A DNA stretch of 64,000 nucleotides, from positions 1-64,000 of the IMG/VR virus record IMGVR_UViG_3300047557_002442. One strand, 5' to 3'. Below, piece by piece: positions 30,977 through 38,480 of this stretch; positions within the stretch are counted from its first letter, which is position 1, and each line of letters begins with the position of its first letter. The notes below the pieces were generated by a model, which was given only the letters and a program-made list of their open reading frames with translations, was not told the origin of the DNA and ran no database searches. The position numbers and the translations under genes were made by a program. This DNA comes from a virus.

Positions 30977-31508
30977 TTTTTGTAATCCTTTCTCTTTTCC
31001 AGCCTGGTTTGACATAGTCTGCGTGATAGTAAATTGCTTGCTCCAGGCTTCTGATTCTGTAGTTTTCGAATAATACTTTTTTAGCAACATCTTCAGACTC
31101 ATTGTATAGATTCCTATTAACATGTTTCAGTCTCGATGGACTCTCACAATACCACGAAAATTGACAAACAATCTTTTCATAAAACTTATTCTTCTGGTAA
31201 ACTACTCCACAAATAGAACTTGGGAAGTGACCAGATTTTACCCTATTAAGCGTCACCTGGGCAACAGCAACCTTACCTTCAAAAGGTTCATTACCAGCCT
31301 CATAGTATATGTTTTTGGTTAGACACTCTAATTCACTTAGTCTTCCTCTCATCGTATACTTGTATGGTACAGTAGAGTAGAAGTCACTTCTTTCAAGATA
31401 CTTGTTATAAGCATTATCAGCTATCTTGAAGAAGAGGAAGCCAAATGCAATAACGACACTTAACACGCTTGCCAAGAGCAAGCTCTTTAAAATGTTTTCT
31501 TGTTTCAT
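30951..31508 (-). CDS. SleB-like cell wall hydrolase with N-terminal TM anchor
   Basis: CLTKNIYYEAGNEPFEGKVAVAQVTLNRV....FP.SICGVVYQ..CQFSW; YYHADYVKPGW; IGHHIFY. Confidence 0.92.
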   Translation of the reverse strand: MKQENILKSLLLASVLSVVIAFGFLFFKIADNAYNKYLERSDFYSTVPYKYTMRGRLSELECLTKNIYYEAGNEPFEGKVAVAQVTLNRVKSGHFPSSICGVVYQKNKFYEKIVCQFSWYCESPSRLKHVNRNLYNESEDVAKKVLFENYRIRSLEQAIYYHADYVKPGWKRERITKIGHHIFYR

Positions 31509-31518
31509 ATTAGTCTCT

Positions 31519-31547
31519 ATTATAGATTAAAATAGAAAAAAGGTCAA
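31519..31547 (-). promoter_or_regulatory. Sigma70-type promoter for the SleB-gp33-gp59 block
   Basis: TTGACC-N17-TATAAT, 10 nt before the ATG at 31508. Confidence 0.8.
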
Positions 31548-31566
31548 GAAGTTTTTTCTTGATATG

Positions 31567-31589
31567 AAAAAGGGACCGAAGTCCCTTTT
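31567..31589 (-). terminator. Intrinsic terminator with CUUCGG tetraloop
   Basis: AAAAGGGAC-TTCG-GTCCC-TTTTT just after the endolysin stop. Confidence 0.85.
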
Positions 31590-31594
31590 ATTGA

Positions 31595-32059
31595 TTAGGC
31601 AACTAGCCCTGGTTTGTAAACAGTTTTACCGCCTTCTTTCATAGCAGTCAATACTTGTTTACGTTGTGGACCATTGCGTTTCAAAGAAACGTGTACCCAT
31701 CCAGAATCTGGTACACCAGGTGTGTAAAATTCTAGGATAAGTTGATCGAATTCAAGATTGTCCTTGATCCATGCTGCTAATGTAGCATTTGGAACTCCAG
31801 GAACTTCGATATCGCAAGCTTCTCCGAAGCAATGCTGTGATGTTCTTGAGCCTCTAACAGCTTCATTTAGATCCGGACTGCGATAACCCGAGTTTATTTT
31901 TGTTACACCAAACTTATCGCGTACTGGTTGAACAATCTTCTCAACAACATTTTTTAAATTGTCCAGATGTTCACCTTTTGGTGTGTTGTCTATTTTCAAT
32001 TTCGTTGCTGTATCACTTTTTGTAAATTCAACAAGATTGAAGTTTTTAGATAATTGCAT
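31595..32059 (-). CDS. Peptidase M15A endolysin
   Basis: LSKNFNL.EFTKS.TA; INSGYRS..LN..V.GS..SQH..GEACD; FDQLILEF; WVHVS. Confidence 0.9.
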   Translation of the reverse strand: MQLSKNFNLVEFTKSDTATKLKIDNTPKGEHLDNLKNVVEKIVQPVRDKFGVTKINSGYRSPDLNEAVRGSRTSQHCFGEACDIEVPGVPNATLAAWIKDNLEFDQLILEFYTPGVPDSGWVHVSLKRNGPQRKQVLTAMKEGGKTVYKPGLVA

Positions 32060-32108
32060 TTACTTTCTCCTTATGCAGGGGTGGGTTATTAGGAAACCCA
32101 CTAAAACC

Positions 32109-32231
32109 TTAGCCCCATAGACCTTTAACTTTACCTACTACAGCATCTACGACGCCTTTAACCTTACCAACACCTGGTACATACCAAGCTACTACTACAC
32201 CTACTGCTACCCAAAAAAGAACTGATAACAT
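32109..32231 (-). CDS. 40-aa single-TM protein directly upstream of endolysin
   Basis: Not in the ORF track. MLSVLFWVAVGVVVAWYVPGVGKVKGVVDAVVGKVKGLWG* with an AAGGAG RBS. Confidence 0.7.
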   Translation of the reverse strand: MLSVLFWVAVGVVVAWYVPGVGKVKGVVDAVVGKVKGLWG

Positions 32232-32256
32232 GGTTGTCTCCTTAAAAAGAAAATTA

Positions 32257-32578
32257 GCGGGTTATTCTGTTACGAGGAAACCCACCGAAACCCTAAGCGG
32301 CAATTAAGCTGCTAATGCGTATTCGCTATCATTTGCGTTTACTTTATTTATGCGATTTGCGGTCGTCATCTACCGGACGCTCTTATTCTATCTACCCCAA
32401 TCGAAACCTAGTCAGGCCCATCAGAGATACACTGCTGTTACCAACACTTCTCACTGTGTGCTTTCGGGCTGCAGTCCCTAGATAACCCCGTGGTGTTAAT
32501 GGTGCAATGCATCTTTGGTGGACCTGGGCGGAATCGAACCGCCGTCTTGAAGTCCTTACCTTAGAGTTTACGTCGTTA
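32257..32578 (-). ncRNA. ssrA: Circularly permuted (two-piece) tmRNA
   Basis: Acceptor piece ends GGCGGTTCGATTCCGCC-CAGGTCC-A-CCA (32516). After a 96-nt intervening hairpin, the coding piece starts GGGCCTG (32419) and pairs with a G3-U70 wobble. Tag ORF 32336-32304 encodes ANDSEYALAA*. Outer ends are approximate. Confidence 0.93.
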
Positions 32579-32627
32579 TTTTATATACCAAGGTCTATAT
32601 CCAATATAATCCTTGGTTTTAAATATC

Positions 32628-32873
32628 TTAGTCAGTATTCTTTTCAACATATGGACGACGTCCTAAATTGTGTAGTTGAATTGTTTTTTGTTTTTGTTCA
32701 AGAACTAACTCTTCTTTACTAACCACATCGCCCTCAATTGACTCAGCCTTTGGTGCTGGTGCTTGGGCATATGGTCGTCTTGATAGTTGCTGCTGATTGA
32801 TATGGTTTCTATCGTTATCTTCTGCATACACATTCAAAGCAAACAATATAGCAACTAAACTAACTGCTTTCAT
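32628..32873 (-). CDS. Small exported protein with duplicated L(S/G)RRPY motif
   Basis: Signal peptide MKAVSLVAILFALNVYA; QQQLSRRPY and LHNLGRRPY; AGGAG RBS. Confidence 0.75.
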   Translation of the reverse strand: MKAVSLVAILFALNVYAEDNDRNHINQQQLSRRPYAQAPAPKAESIEGDVVSKEELVLEQKQKTIQLHNLGRRPYVEKNTD

Positions 32874-32985
32874 TTCTTTCTCCTATACAAAAAAGCCAAA
32901 CGGCTATAATTATATATTGAGAAATATGTAAAAAAGCATATGCCGGAAAGCATATGTCAATATATGCCTCCGGTATTTATGCGGC

Positions 32986-33561
32986 TTAGATCTTACCAAT
33001 CAAATCTAAACTTGGTGTTAGTGTTTCAGCACCATCTGCCCATTTAGCTGGACATGCCTCATTGGGATGTTCTCTTGTATAGATTGCTGCCTTGATCTTA
33101 CGAACAAGCTCGGCTGCATTACGACCAACACCATCTGCTGTTTGTTCGCTAATAACAACCTTACCATCCGGATCGACAACAAATGTTGAACGGTGTGCTA
33201 ATCCAGTTTCACAATTCAACACATTGAATATTTGTGAAAGAATATGTGCTGGATCGCCAATCAGTGGATATTTGACTTTCTTAATTGTATCTGATGCGTC
33301 TGCCCATGCCTTATGGACAAAATGAGTATCAGTAGATACTCCATATACATTGACTCCTAATGTCTTCAATTCATCATAATGATCCTGTAGATCACCTAAC
33401 TCTGTCGGACAAACAAAAGTAAAATCAGCTGGATAGAAAAAGAATACATTCCAGCCAGTAGTTAAATCTTCGGATGATAGTTTATTAAACTTACCATCAC
33501 AGTATACATCAACATAATAATTAACAACATACTCATTTGCAGCTTGGCCTACATTTATCAT
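32986..33561 (-). CDS. ahpC: Alkyl hydroperoxide reductase C (2-Cys peroxiredoxin)
   Basis: [14 protein letters not shown]; STDTHF.HKAW; R.TFVVDPDG; GRNA.EL.R; CPAKW; TL.PSLDL.GKI. Confidence 0.96.
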   Translation of the reverse strand: MINVGQAANEYVVNYYVDVYCDGKFNKLSSEDLTTGWNVFFFYPADFTFVCPTELGDLQDHYDELKTLGVNVYGVSTDTHFVHKAWADASDTIKKVKYPLIGDPAHILSQIFNVLNCETGLAHRSTFVVDPDGKVVISEQTADGVGRNAAELVRKIKAAIYTREHPNEACPAKWADGAETLTPSLDLIGKI

Positions 33562-33581
33562 AACAATTCCTCATTTTATTA

Positions 33582-33725
33582 TTAAACACAATCAGCAATG
33601 GCAGCTAACCACCTTGCTTGACATTCTTTATCATTCACATCACACACGACTGGATCTTGTGGTTGGTATATTTCTTTATTGGTTTCTTTTGGGAGCTCTT
33701 TTTGTAGCTCTTCTGGCGTAGCCAT
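33582..33725 (-). CDS. 47-aa Cys-containing peptide upstream of ahpC
   Basis: Not in the ORF track. MATPEELQKELPKETNKEIYQPQDPVVCDVNDKECQARWLAAIADCV* with an AAGGAGAGG RBS. Confidence 0.7.
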   Translation of the reverse strand: MATPEELQKELPKETNKEIYQPQDPVVCDVNDKECQARWLAAIADCV

Positions 33726-33756
33726 GTTACCTCTCCTTTTGGGATCATTAACTGGA

Positions 33757-33783
33757 AAAAAAGGGCTATACAGCCCTTTTTTT
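33757..33783 (-). terminator. Intrinsic terminator after pqqA
   Basis: AAAAAAAGGGCT-GTAT-AGCCC-TTTTTTT. Confidence 0.8.
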
Positions 33784-33805
33784 GTAGTGCCGTATAGTAT
33801 GAATA

Positions 33806-33877
33806 TTATTTATTCATTACGTACATTGTTACTTCGAAGCCGAAGCGCATTTCTTGTGCAGTTGGTTTTGTCCACAT
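33806..33877 (-). CDS. pqqA: Pyrroloquinoline quinone precursor peptide PqqA (23 aa)
   Basis: Not in the ORF track. MWTKPTAQEMRFGFEVTMYVMNK* has the W..P..R.GFEVTMY signature with the E-x-x-x-Y pair. AAGGAG RBS and its own terminator. Confidence 0.95.
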   Translation of the reverse strand: MWTKPTAQEMRFGFEVTMYVMNK

Positions 33878-33949
33878 AATATTTCTCCTTAATTAAGTTT
33901 AAACACATTTGAGGCAATTGCCTACCTGTCTATTTAACCATATTTGAGG

Positions 33950-33987
33950 AAAAAACACCATGCTCGAGTACGCAATTGAGCATGGTG
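33950..33987 (-). terminator. Terminator hairpin after the DUF932 gene
   Basis: CACCATGCTC-N12-GAGCATGGTG-TTTTTT. Confidence 0.7.
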
Positions 33988-34000
33988 AAATTCATTAACT

Positions 34001-34969
34001 TTATGCTGCCTCTGCAAACTCAATAGCAGTCTCTAACGCCTTGAGTTTTAAGTTCTTATTTGGACCAAACCATGCAGATGTAAGACGTGTATCTGCATCA
34101 CGACCAATAACATGATCTGTCATATAGGTCACAGTGTTGAATGCTTGCCACCAAGATCCTTCAGCATACTCTGCACCAGGTTGTTGCATCACTAATTCTA
34201 AGGCGCGTGATGCTGACTTAGATAGATCCTTACGCTGTGGACCTTTCTCTTTGTTGTATGCAATTACTGGGAATACACGATTGAAGTACTCTTTCAATGT
34301 TTCTTCTTTGTACTTACGAGAGCCCAAGAACTGTGCCATTTCTTTATACTTAGCTAGCTTGTCAGATGCAATACCTAACATAGTCTTAACATTATCACCA
34401 TCAAACTCACGACGGTGATTGACCTTCACTACACTACTAGCACTCTGATTCAAAGCTAATGTTAATGTATTATTACACACAACACGTATTGGTGTAAAAC
34501 GTACGTCAATAGACTGACCAAACTTGTGTGGGTTAGTGAATAGCAAGTAACTATCTACCTGATCGCCACCAAACACATCAAAAGACTCCTTAACTTTTGC
34601 TAATGCAAATACGATCTGACCACCCTTAAGCGAACCAGCTGTATGCATCTCCATATCACCAGCTAGTACAAAATCATTAAAGAATTCAAAGGCTTCCTGG
34701 TTCTGTACAGGGTTCCAATCAGCTGAGACAATATCTAAGATCTTGTTGTCTGTAGAACGAACAAGTGGCGATACATTAAGTGGTGTCTTCATACCACCAA
34801 TAATAGAATATGCTTCTACTTTTTGTACAGTCCAATCTAAGCCAGCAAGTTGCAGCATCTGTTCAGGACTAACATCTGCGGGTACTTCCGTACCAAGTCC
34901 GTGCCACGGTTTCTCACCAACATAAGCCATCTGTGCTACACCATTAATCATTTCAATTTCATGTGCCAT
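34001..34969 (-). CDS. DUF932 family phage/plasmid protein
   Basis: MAYVGEKPWHGLG; AGLDW.V; PVQN.EAF.FF; TAGSL.GG; TPIRVVCNNTL; W.AFN.VT...DH. Confidence 0.88.
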   Translation of the reverse strand: MAHEIEMINGVAQMAYVGEKPWHGLGTEVPADVSPEQMLQLAGLDWTVQKVEAYSIIGGMKTPLNVSPLVRSTDNKILDIVSADWNPVQNQEAFEFFNDFVLAGDMEMHTAGSLKGGQIVFALAKVKESFDVFGGDQVDSYLLFTNPHKFGQSIDVRFTPIRVVCNNTLTLALNQSASSVVKVNHRREFDGDNVKTMLGIASDKLAKYKEMAQFLGSRKYKEETLKEYFNRVFPVIAYNKEKGPQRKDLSKSASRALELVMQQPGAEYAEGSWWQAFNTVTYMTDHVIGRDADTRLTSAWFGPNKNLKLKALETAIEFAEAA

Positions 34970-35009
34970 AATATATTTCTCCTAACGTGTTTATCAAAAT
35001 AACAATATC

Positions 35010-35038
35010 ATAATAACGTTTTTATGAAATTAAGTCAA
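35010..35038 (-). promoter_or_regulatory. Sigma70-type early promoter for DUF932
   Basis: TTGACT-N17-TATTAT upstream of an AGGAG RBS. Confidence 0.75.
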
Positions 35039-35051
35039 CACTTTTTGAAAT

Positions 35052-35079
35052 AAAAAAAGCCGACTTTGTCGGCTTTTTT
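35052..35079. terminator. Bidirectional-type intrinsic terminator
   Basis: AAAAAAAGCCGAC-TTT-GTCGGCTTTTTT. Confidence 0.85.
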
Positions 35080-35093
35080 GTTAGGAGTATAGA

Positions 35094-35651
35094 TTAGAAT
35101 CTAACATTGTATCCAAAGTTATATGACCAAAAATCATCGTCTCCTGTTGCTCGGTCAACACCGGCTACAAGCGATGAATTTTTTGTGATCGCATAGTCTG
35201 CAGCTGCACGCCATGTACGTGTTGAGTCGTTGTCATCTTTATGAAATGCGTTACGGAAACGTAGTCCCCCTCTAACATTCAGCTTATCAGTAACAGCATA
35301 CTGCAACCCAGGCTCAGTACTCCAGTATTGGAAATTGTCAGTACCGTTCATTTTGGTACCATATGCACTACGATTATAAACGGTGAATCCTGCGCCAATA
35401 GGTAATCTACCAATCAATGCACCCTCTAAACGAGTATTATTACTGTCATTATCACTAGTCTTTAAACGTGTATTAATTTCAGCATCCAAATACTTGTTAA
35501 TGCTTTGACCAAGCGTTACTTGGTATACATTTGCGTCTTGATAACCTTCCAACCCGTTACGAAGTTGGAACTGGATACCACCGTAATTGCCTTCTGCAGC
35601 TGCAAAAGAACTTGCTAACATCATCGTCAGCATTAATACATACTTTTTCAT
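35094..35651 (-). CDS. Outer-membrane beta-barrel protein
   Basis: Signal peptide ending AAA-E; alternating beta-strand pattern; C-terminal YNFGYNVRF BAM signal. Confidence 0.82.
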   Translation of the reverse strand: MKKYVLMLTMMLASSFAAAEGNYGGIQFQLRNGLEGYQDANVYQVTLGQSINKYLDAEINTRLKTSDNDSNNTRLEGALIGRLPIGAGFTVYNRSAYGTKMNGTDNFQYWSTEPGLQYAVTDKLNVRGGLRFRNAFHKDDNDSTRTWRAAADYAITKNSSLVAGVDRATGDDDFWSYNFGYNVRF

Positions 35652-35676
35652 TACATCTCCCTTTTTGTTATACATG

Positions 35677-35835
35677 CTAATCATTCCAATGCCTTAAAAC
35701 GCCTGCAACAATCACCATGTTTGTTATAAGGTAACAGAGAACAATAATTGTTCTTATCAGTGCTACTCTATCAGCCTCTTTATCACAATTGCCAGACTTT
35801 TCGCCCAGTGCTTTAGCCCACAATCTCCACATCAT
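35677..35835 (-). CDS. 52-aa phage membrane protein
   Basis: Not in the ORF track. MMWRLWAKALGEKSGNCDKEADRVALIRTIIVLCYLITNMVIVAGVLRHWND*. Confidence 0.7.
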   Translation of the reverse strand: MMWRLWAKALGEKSGNCDKEADRVALIRTIIVLCYLITNMVIVAGVLRHWND

Positions 35836-35851
35836 AATTCCAAAAAATTAT

Positions 35852-36097
35852 TTATTCAAATACAAATACGATCTCTTTTACTGATATTAAATAAGAATCC
35901 TCTAGTGCCTTTATCGATTTGTTCCAGTTTGCAAGCACAACATCACCAACGTTTACCTCTGTGACTTGAGGTCCAATCGCAAGTACCTTTGCCTTATCAG
36001 CATCATCGTTTCTTGTTAGTATGATGCCTGTAGATGTCTCCATATTCTTCTCTAATCGAGTAATAAGAACGTTATCTCTCAATGGTTTAGCGCTCAT
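35852..36097 (-). CDS. groES: GroES/Cpn10 co-chaperonin
   Basis: KPLRDNVLI; TSTGIIL mobile loop; VLAIGP.V..V.VGDVV. Confidence 0.88.
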   Translation of the reverse strand: MSAKPLRDNVLITRLEKNMETSTGIILTRNDDADKAKVLAIGPQVTEVNVGDVVLANWNKSIKALEDSYLISVKEIVFVFE

Positions 36098-36240
36098 CGA
36101 CCTTGTCCTCTATATGCCTTGAAGTTTCTTTTTTGACATTTATTCATACCACTGCGTCTCAAATGTCTACCACCCTGTGACGTGGTTTTGACTGTTGATT
36201 CGTGTCTTACTTTTGATCCCATTCCTTGCTTAACTGCCAT
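36094..36240 (-). CDS. 48-aa basic protein ending YRGQGR
   Basis: Not in the ORF track. MAVKQGMGSKVRHESTVKTTSQGGRHLRRSGMNKCQKRNFKAYRGQGR* with an AGGAG RBS. Confidence 0.7.
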   Translation of the reverse strand: MAVKQGMGSKVRHESTVKTTSQGGRHLRRSGMNKCQKRNFKAYRGQGR

Positions 36241-36248
36241 AATATCTC

Positions 36249-36806
36249 CTATACAACCATTGTTTTTCTAGCAGAGTGCAGTAACGAATATGCTGACTGC
36301 TTCTCTACACCAACTTTCTCAACTATCAATTTAATTAACTCTGCTGTTGGTTTATCTTTATTTTTCACATAGATATCCACAACTTTATCCTTTTTAGACT
36401 TAGGCTTTGGAGTCTCGTTATCTTGTACAATAGTCTCAGCATCCCTACCCATCATCTGTTGAATCTTACTCAGTCGCTTTTCTGCTATCGGTGATACTGT
36501 TGAAGGATCAAATCCTTCACCATTCTTTATTGATTCCTCAATTGCAGTAAATGCATATACCCTTGCTCGACGTGGCTCATCTGTAAATTGTTTGTGTACA
36601 CCTAACTTGAATAAAATAGCATTGCATGCTCTTATTGGATTGGTTTGTTTTTCAAGATACTCGCGAGCCTTCATAATGATCCTGGAAGGGGACATATCAG
36701 CAGTTATGTGTAACTTCTTCATCAAGTCAGCCATTTCAGGCTTGAATGTTTCTGCATGCCCATACCCAGCCCATTCACTCTCATACACAGTTTTCTTACG
36801 TGCCAT
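36249..36806 (-). CDS. Hypothetical protein, possible C-terminal HTH
   Basis: ORF with GAGG RBS; helical basic C-terminus. Confidence 0.55.
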   Translation of the reverse strand: MARKKTVYESEWAGYGHAETFKPEMADLMKKLHITADMSPSRIIMKAREYLEKQTNPIRACNAILFKLGVHKQFTDEPRRARVYAFTAIEESIKNGEGFDPSTVSPIAEKRLSKIQQMMGRDAETIVQDNETPKPKSKKDKVVDIYVKNKDKPTAELIKLIVEKVGVEKQSAYSLLHSARKTMVV

Positions 36807-36843
36807 ATTAGTTATCCTCAATCAAAACTATATTGTACATTGT

Positions 36844-37506
36844 TTAGGATATATTTTCAACATGGTAAGTATCAAATACTTCAAATACTTTTTTGGTGTA
36901 TTCATTAGGACTTTTGATAAACACTTGTAATTGCTGATGTTCTACCGCAATGAGGGTAATGATATGATCAATTTGTATATTATACATTTCTTCCATCATA
37001 ATTGAATATGCAGTTTCCTGATAGAAGTAGTTTGTGATCCAGTGCTCTTCTTTTGGCTTACCTGACGTCTTATAGTCTATAATACATGTACCATATCCTT
37101 TAACCTTTGCAATTAAATCGCATCTACCTGCGGATCTTAACCTCTTGGAATATAAGGGAATTTCTATGTTATAGACAGACTCAATGTTTTCGTCCAGCCA
37201 AGGTTGAATTTGTCTAAAGAGTGGTATTGTGTCAGGCATTCTACCCTTGAGAATATCGGGTTTATTAGCTACATAATCTTCACACATTAAGTGTACTTTA
37301 GTACCTCTTGATGCTGCTTGATTTTTAACCTTATTGGCTTCTTCTGTACCAACTCTCTTAACCCATTCATCGATACCCTCTTTACTGAGTGAAGACAAAA
37401 CGGATGTGACAGAGGGATATAGATCGTTGTCTACTTTGTAGAAACGTTTGCCATCTATCATCTGAGCATCCAACTCAGTGACTTCTAGCGGATGATGTAT
37501 AAACAT
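36844..37506 (-). CDS. PD-(D/E)XK exonuclease
   Basis: YPSVTSVL; RGTKVH..CE; E..LYS; AGRCDLIA; IIDYKTS; YF.Q..AY. Confidence 0.88.
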   Translation of the reverse strand: MFIHHPLEVTELDAQMIDGKRFYKVDNDLYPSVTSVLSSLSKEGIDEWVKRVGTEEANKVKNQAASRGTKVHLMCEDYVANKPDILKGRMPDTIPLFRQIQPWLDENIESVYNIEIPLYSKRLRSAGRCDLIAKVKGYGTCIIDYKTSGKPKEEHWITNYFYQETAYSIMMEEMYNIQIDHIITLIAVEHQQLQVFIKSPNEYTKKVFEVFDTYHVENIS

Positions 37507-37509
37507 AAT

Positions 37510-37749
37510 TTAGTAATCTTTGATGGTATTGTTACCGCCAACCTTTTTCTTCATGTGCTTAAGTAGATCTTTGAATCCGGATGATGGTGTTCTTACACCT
37601 GCTGTAATTGGATCTACGCATCCTGGTACAGTTAGCATAACACGTTCAAGGTGGGGATTGTCGAGTTTGAATTGATCAAGCTCAGCAATCTTCATTATGT
37701 GTTCCTCTATCTCGCCAGTGCTTGTATTACGAAATTCATATGTAGGCAT
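37510..37749 (-). CDS. FmdB-like small phage protein (no Cys pairs)
   Basis: MPTYEFRNT.TGEI.E..M.I.ELD.F...NPHLE; GFKDLL. Confidence 0.65.
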   Translation of the reverse strand: MPTYEFRNTSTGEIEEHIMKIAELDQFKLDNPHLERVMLTVPGCVDPITAGVRTPSSGFKDLLKHMKKKVGGNNTIKDY

Positions 37750-37880
37750 TATCTATTCTTCTTTATTTTGTCAACAACCTGTCGCTCATAATGCCTACGT
37801 CTGCTCCAAACAAAGTTAGTCATATTGACCAAGCCTGTCTCAATTAAATCCATAATAATGTTATGCCAAAAGTAGTACAT
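37749..37880 (-). CDS. 43-aa hypothetical protein
   Basis: MYYFWHNIIMDLIETGLVNMTNFVWSRRRHYERQVVDKIKKNR* fills the gap with TGATG/TAATG coupling. Confidence 0.55.
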   Translation of the reverse strand: MYYFWHNIIMDLIETGLVNMTNFVWSRRRHYERQVVDKIKKNR

Positions 37881-38053
37881 CAAATAAGGTCCTCGTAGGT
37901 TAGTAGTTTCGTTGGGTTTTTAGATCTTAAAATGTTAATTAGCGGTTTTATTTTTTTGTTCTCATAAAGCATCTTGGTTTTTCTTGATACATGTGTTGAA
38001 TATTCTACTTCTTGGTATTTTGGATCAGAATGCTTTTTAAGTGATTTGCTCAT
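37880..38053 (-). CDS. Hypothetical protein
   Basis: Start moved to MSKSLKKH at 38053. Confidence 0.5.
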   Translation of the reverse strand: MSKSLKKHSDPKYQEVEYSTHVSRKTKMLYENKKIKPLINILRSKNPTKLLTYEDLI

Positions 38054-38054
38054 T

Positions 38055-38480
38055 TCAAGTCTCTTGCTCCTCTGGGTAGTCATCGGGAAAGGCCTTTTTA
38101 GCAATTTTGGCCGATATCTTCTTAAAGGGTAGCTTTTTATCTTTGATATGACATAAGAGTACAGCATCGTTCTTATCAATAGACTCAAGCAATTGTATAA
38201 ACAACATCTCACGTTTTACTTTGCTAAGGTTAGGATTACCACCTTCAACAAAAAGATACAACTTCCTCATTTCGGATAACAATCTTCCTTCAAGATCGAG
38301 GAATTCACATGGTTTGTATGGAGGGGTACCACTAGGTAGCATGAATTTAATGCCTGGGTGGAAAGCATATTGTAATAGTTGTCGAACAACAGGATTGCTC
38401 TTACGTAGTCCGTCAATTATTGCGTCTTCAGTTTCAAGTTCAGATATTTGTTTCAGTATTGTGTACAGCGTTATTTTCAT
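38055..38480 (-). CDS. Conserved T4-like hypothetical protein (DUF6433-like)
   Basis: F.P.IKFMLP.G.PPYKP; L..E.RKLYLF; KRE.LFIQLLE.I...DA.LL..IKDKKL. Confidence 0.75.
   Translation of the reverse strand: MKITLYTILKQISELETEDAIIDGLRKSNPVVRQLLQYAFHPGIKFMLPSGTPPYKPCEFLDLEGRLLSEMRKLYLFVEGGNPNLSKVKREMLFIQLLESIDKNDAVLLCHIKDKKLPFKKISAKIAKKAFPDDYPEEQET

Noticed and set aside
30977-31123. Extended N-terminus of the 150-aa membrane ORF
   Set aside because: It overlaps the catalytic region of the SleB gene; a TTG start at 30976 with an RBS is more plausible.
32516-32546. tRNA-like T-arm and CCA suggesting a tRNA gene
   Set aside because: There is no D/anticodon arm upstream. It pairs with GGGCCTG at 32419 and is the acceptor piece of the permuted tmRNA.
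32507-32722. 71-aa plus-strand ORF
   Set aside because: Antisense to the tmRNA and the 81-aa gene; WWTWAESNRR is the typical reverse translation of a T-arm.
36844-37506. Possible Cas4/CRISPR association
   Set aside because: It lacks the Cas4 Fe-S cysteine set, and I saw no repeat-spacer array or other cas genes in the window.
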